Part shown: piece by piece, positions 60,174 through 64,000 of the stretch
Numbering within the stretch: position 1 is the first letter of the stretch
How the letters are laid out: the number at the start of each line of letters is the position of its first letter
Source: an uncultured Actinomycetes bacterium
GTDB taxonomy: Bacteria > Actinomycetota > Thermoleophilia > Gaiellales > Gaiellaceae
DNA length: 64,000 bases
NCBI GenBank assembly: GCA_963845965.1
Contig: CAWJUF010000027.1
Location: 13,942-77,941 of the forward strand
Direction: 5' to 3'
Program-made: the position numbers and the translations under genes
The notes under the pieces: generated by a model
Told to the model about the DNA's origin: nothing
Seen by the model: only the letters and a program-made list of their open reading frames with translations
Databases searched by the model: none

Positions 60174-62114
60174 ATGTGCGGCATCGGGGGCGTCTATTGG
60201 CGCGAGCGGAAACGCGCGGAGAGCAGCATCGCGGTCGATCGCATGCTCAGCGCGCTGGCTCATCGCGGGCCGGACTCCGACGGACGGACGACGACGGCGT
60301 TTGCAGACATCGGTTTCAAGCGGCTGTCGATCATCGATCTCGAGACCGGGGATCAACCGCTGACCAACGAGGATGGAACGGTCGAGTGCTACCTAAACGG
60401 GGAGATCTTCAACCACGCGGCGCTGCGGAAGGATCTTGTCGCGCGCGGGCATCGGCTGCGGACGTCGTCGGACACGGAGGTGCTTCCCCACCTCTACGAG
60501 GACTTCGGCGACGGGATGTTCTCGCACCTGAGGGGGATGTTCTGCATCTGCCTGATCGATCACCGCACGCGACAGGTCCTGCTCGCTCGCGACCACTTTG
60601 GCGTCAAGCAGCTCTACTACGCCCGAACGCCCGAGGGCCTCGTCTTCGCAAGTGAAGTGAAGGGCGTGCTGGCGTCCGGCCTCGTGGAGCCCGAGATCGA
60701 CGCGGCGAAGCTCGTGCCCTACTTGTCCCTCCTCTATTCGCCCCAGCCCGAGACGCTCGTCAAGGGCGTCGAGAAGCTTGCCCCCGGGTGCTTTCTGCGG
60801 GTGAACACTGCGAGCGACGTCGAGCAGATCCGCTACTACCAGGTTCCCTCGAGACGCACCGGGGGAGGGCTCGGCCCGTCCGAGGCCGCCGAGCGTGTGG
60901 CGACCCTGCTCGCCGAAAGCGTGCAGCTCCAACTGAACGCCGACGTTCCTGTGGGGATCAGCCTGTCCGGTGGCGTCGATTCCAGCGCACTCGCCTCGCT
61001 GGCGACGATCTCGCGAGGGTCCGGCGACGGGCTTCTCGCGTTGACCATCGGCTGGCCGGACACCGTGCCCGAGGAGATCGACTGCGCCAGGCGCCTCTGC
61101 CGCCGGCTTGCGATCCCGCACGAGGTGCTCGATCTCGGAACGGGCGATATCGACGTGGATCTCCCGCTTCTCGCGTGGATCAGCGACGAGCCGATTGCCG
61201 ACCCCGCCACGTACTCCCAGTATCGCGTTGCGCTCGAGGCCAGCGCCCACGTGAAAGTGTTGCTCGGCGGCGCAGGGGGAGACGAGCTCTTCGGCGGGTA
61301 TGGCCACTACCGTCTTCCTTGGAAGAAGGCGATCTACGCATCGTTGCCGAGGTCCCTGGCAGCGCTCTCTCTATCGACTCGCAACTCACCGTTGGATCGA
61401 CAAGGCGGACGCCGATGCGCTGGCGAGCTATCGAACGTCGCGTCGGTTGTGGCATCAGCGATGCATCACGAACCTCGAGGTCGACGAGGAGCTCATGCTC
61501 GCCGGGCTCATGCCCGGCTCAGGTTCCTCCTCGACCAATCTTCATCGGCTGTTTGATATTGCATCGGGAACACGACCCCGATCAATCAGCAGCTGATCGT
61601 CGACCTGGAGTTGTACCTGCCCGAACGACGCTTGCCGATGATCGATCGCGCGACGATGGCGGCTTCGATCGAAGGACGCGTCCCATTTCTCGACGTGGAA
61701 CTGGTCGAGCTCTGCACGTCCGTGAGCGGGAGAACGAAGCTGGGATGGCCCCACGTGCAGAAGCGGCTCTTGAAACGCGCCATCGCCGATCGTGTCCCTG
61801 CGGAGATCCTCCGAAGGAAGAAGGTCGGCATGCCGACGCATTTCACGACCTTCATGACGCAGCAGCCCGGTGTCACGCGAGAGCTCTTGTTGGGATCGCG
61901 CTCGTACACGGGCAGCGTCTTTCCGAAGGAATGGCTCCGTGGTCTACTCGGCGACGCTGCACAGATGCGCCGGAACTTTCCGGTCCTGTACGCGCTGATC
62001 GTCCTCGAGGTCTGGCACCGGCTCTTCGTCGAAGAGAAGGTCTACGACCGGCCGACGATGACCTTGTCCGACCTGTGTGGGGTCCCGCTGAAGGTGAGGG
62101 CGGCCGGCGAGTAG
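60174..62114 (+). CDS. asnB: asparagine synthase (glutamine-hydrolysing) family amidotransferase (frameshifted)
   Basis: MCGI, HRGPD, RLSIID, NGEIFN, LSGGVDSS, GAGGDELFGGY, EGRVPFLD. Confidence 0.88.
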
Positions 62115-62149
62115 CCTCATCGCCGCGGCCCGACTCGAGCAGGCTCCCG

Positions 62150-62480
62150 AGCGTGCCTGCCAACGCTTGGGCGTCCTTGCGGGTCGTCGACGGCTTGCCG
62201 AGCGCTCCCGCCTCCGCCGGCGTGTTACGCGGCGAAGAACACGTGTCGCAGCGAGCGCGCCGGTCACCGAAGCTGGCCCCGGAGCACCGTTGAGGATGTT
62301 CAGCCGCGCCGCCAGGTACTGGTGGGCGAGCTGGTAGTAGACGTTGCCACCCACGGCTCGCACGTGCGATCCGTTCGACCACCCCGAGGCAGGCCGCCAT
62401 GCCCCCTCTACTCAGACGGACTGTGACAGCGCCGGGCATCCGCCAGAAGGTGCCTTCGGCCGAGCACACCCCCGGGCCTC
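62150..62480 (-). pseudogene. fragment of a secreted-protein domain
   Basis: GGNVYYQLAHQYLAARLNILNGA segment in otherwise broken frames. Confidence 0.45.
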
Positions 62481-62617
62481 AGCGTCTATCGTCACGTTGT
62501 GCAGCTCACGGGCAGCGTGACGGTCGGCGCGTCACCGACGGTCATCCGGAGCACCGGTGAGCCGGTACGTCCAGCGCTAGGCGTGCGGACCGCGGCGGCC
62601 GGGACGAGGTGACGCCG

Positions 62618-64000
62618 ATGACCGCGCTCTACAGGACCTATCGCTCGCTCGACTTCTCCCAGGTGATCGGGCAGGAGGCGGTGGTGCGGACGCTGCGGAA
62701 CGCGATCGAGCACGACCAGGTGCGGCAGGCGTACCTCTTCGCGGGCCCGCGCGGGACCGGGAAGACGTCGATGGCCAGGATCCTCGCGAAGGCCCTGAAC
62801 GCGGAAGGCGGGCCGAACGCCGACTTCGACCCGACGACGCCGATCGCCCGGGCGATCGCCGCGGGAACCGCGCTCGACGTGGTCGAGATGGACGCCGCCT
62901 CCCAGCGCGGGATCGACGAGATCCGCGAGATCCGCGAGCGGGCGATGCTGCAACCGGCCGAGGGGAGCTACAAGGTCTACATCGTCGACGAGGCGCACCA
63001 GCTCACGTCGGCCGCGTGGAACGCGCTCCTCAAGCTGATCGAGGAGCCGCCGCCGCACCTCGTCTTCGTGTTCTGCACCACCGAGCTCTCGAAGGTGATC
63101 CAGACGGTGCGCTCGCGCTGCCAGACGTTCGTGTTCCAACGGCCGCGGCTGCAGGAGATCGTCACCGTCCTGCGCAACGTCTGCGAGGGCGAGGGGATCG
63201 ACGCGCCGGACTCGGCTCTCTCGCTGATCGCGCGGGGCGCCGGCGGGTCGTTCCGCGACGCGATCTCGACGCTCGACCAGCTGTCCGCCGCGACGAGCAA
63301 GAAGATCACCGTCCAGGACGTTCTCCAGCTCGGCACGGCCGTCGAGGAGGACACGCTGTTCCGTCTCTGCGACACGATCGTCGATCGCGACGTCGCCGGC
63401 GCGCTCGTGCTCGTGGAGGAGATCTCCGAGCGGGGACAGGACCTCGGGCAGCTGACGCGGGAGCTCCTCGAGCACCTGCGCCACCTGCTGCTCGTGCAGC
63501 ACCTTGGCCACGTGCCCGACTCGCTGCCGCTGACCGAGGAGTCGCGCGATCGGCTGCGCGAGCAGGCGAACCAGCTCCCGGAGCCCACCGTGGTGCGGCT
63601 GATCGACCTGCTCGGGGTCGTGATCGAGGACGAGCGCCAGGGCGGCGATCCCCGGCTGCCCCTCGAGCTCGCGCTCGTCAAGGTGACCCGACCGCAGGCC
63701 GATCTGGCCCGCGAATCGCTTGTCCATCGGGTCGAGGTGCTGGAATCACGGTTGCATGCCGGTGCATCCGCCGCGGAGTCGTGGGGCCCCTCCCCCGTTC
63801 CCGCGCCCGCGGCGGGCCCGGCACCTATCGAGACGTCGTCCGCGCCGAGCGAGCCTCCGGCGCACGACGTCACGTTCGAGCAGATGCACGAGGCGTGGAC
63901 GCGGAGCGTGCTGCCCGCCGTCAAGGAGCGCTCGATCCCGGTCGCGACGCTCCTCGCCGAGGCGTCGCCGTCCCGCCTCGACGGCGACACGCTGACCCTC
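62618..64000 (+). CDS. dnaX: DNA polymerase III subunit gamma/tau (runs off window)
   Basis: ALYRTYR..DF.QVIGQ, GPRGTGKTS, EMDAAS, IVDEAH, LLKLIEEPP, SRCQ. Confidence 0.95.
   Translation, partial: MTALYRTYRSLDFSQVIGQEAVVRTLRNAIEHDQVRQAYLFAGPRGTGKTSMARILAKALNAEGGPNADFDPTTPIARAIAAGTALDVVEMDAASQRGIDEIREIRERAMLQPAEGSYKVYIVDEAHQLTSAAWNALLKLIEEPPPHLVFVFCTTELSKVIQTVRSRCQTFVFQRPRLQEIVTVLRNVCEGEGIDAPDSALSLIARGAGGSFRDAISTLDQLSAATSKKITVQDVLQLGTAVEEDTLFRLCDTIVDRDVAGALVLVEEISERGQDLGQLTRELLEHLRHLLLVQHLGHVPDSLPLTEESRDRLREQANQLPEPTVVRLIDLLGVVIEDERQGGDPRLPLELALVKVTRPQADLARESLVHRVEVLESRLHAGASAAESWGPSPVPAPAAGPAPIETSSAPSEPPAHDVTFEQMHEAWTRSVLPAVKERSIPVATLLAEASPSRLDGDTLTL

Noticed and set aside
4455-62114. Numerous frameshifts as programmed frameshifting or mass pseudogenisation
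   Set aside because: They hit core genes (nucS, fabF, ABC ATPase, HAD hydrolases) at scattered sites; sequencing or assembly indels are the simpler explanation.
60174-62114. Lasso-peptide cyclase cluster
   Set aside because: Intact N-terminal Cys glutaminase domain and no B protein or precursor seen nearby.
62480-62617. SRP RNA directly upstream of dnaX
   Set aside because: No helix-8 motif there; ffs is at 59767-60044.

Overview
High-GC chromosomal window that looks like a deep-branching actinobacterium (Thermoleophilia/Gaiellales-like; inferred from gene content and pervasive leaderless genes). Many genes carry single-base frameshifts, most likely uncorrected long-read errors, so several gene ends are approximate. 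The backbone holds serS, all four tRNA-Ser isoacceptors, tRNA-Ala, tRNA-Val, nucS, a sir-cysH-siroheme operon, fabF, ligC and Prim-PolC, an amino-acid ABC transporter, an orphan groES, a large Alu-containing SRP RNA and dnaX. The accessory DNA is more notable. (i) A family of small integrative elements targets two tRNA-Ser genes; the members share an att arm and a conserved GRLGGRP protein, and form a tandem array at tRNA-Ser(CGA) in which one cassette carries vanY-vanR-vanS. (ii) Three paralogous uncharacterised ~90-105 aa proteins. (iii) A 172-bp rod-like inverted-repeat element supplies the stop codons of two convergent genes. (iv) A decayed accessory region follows tRNA-Val. All product calls come from motif recognition and recall; no searches were run.
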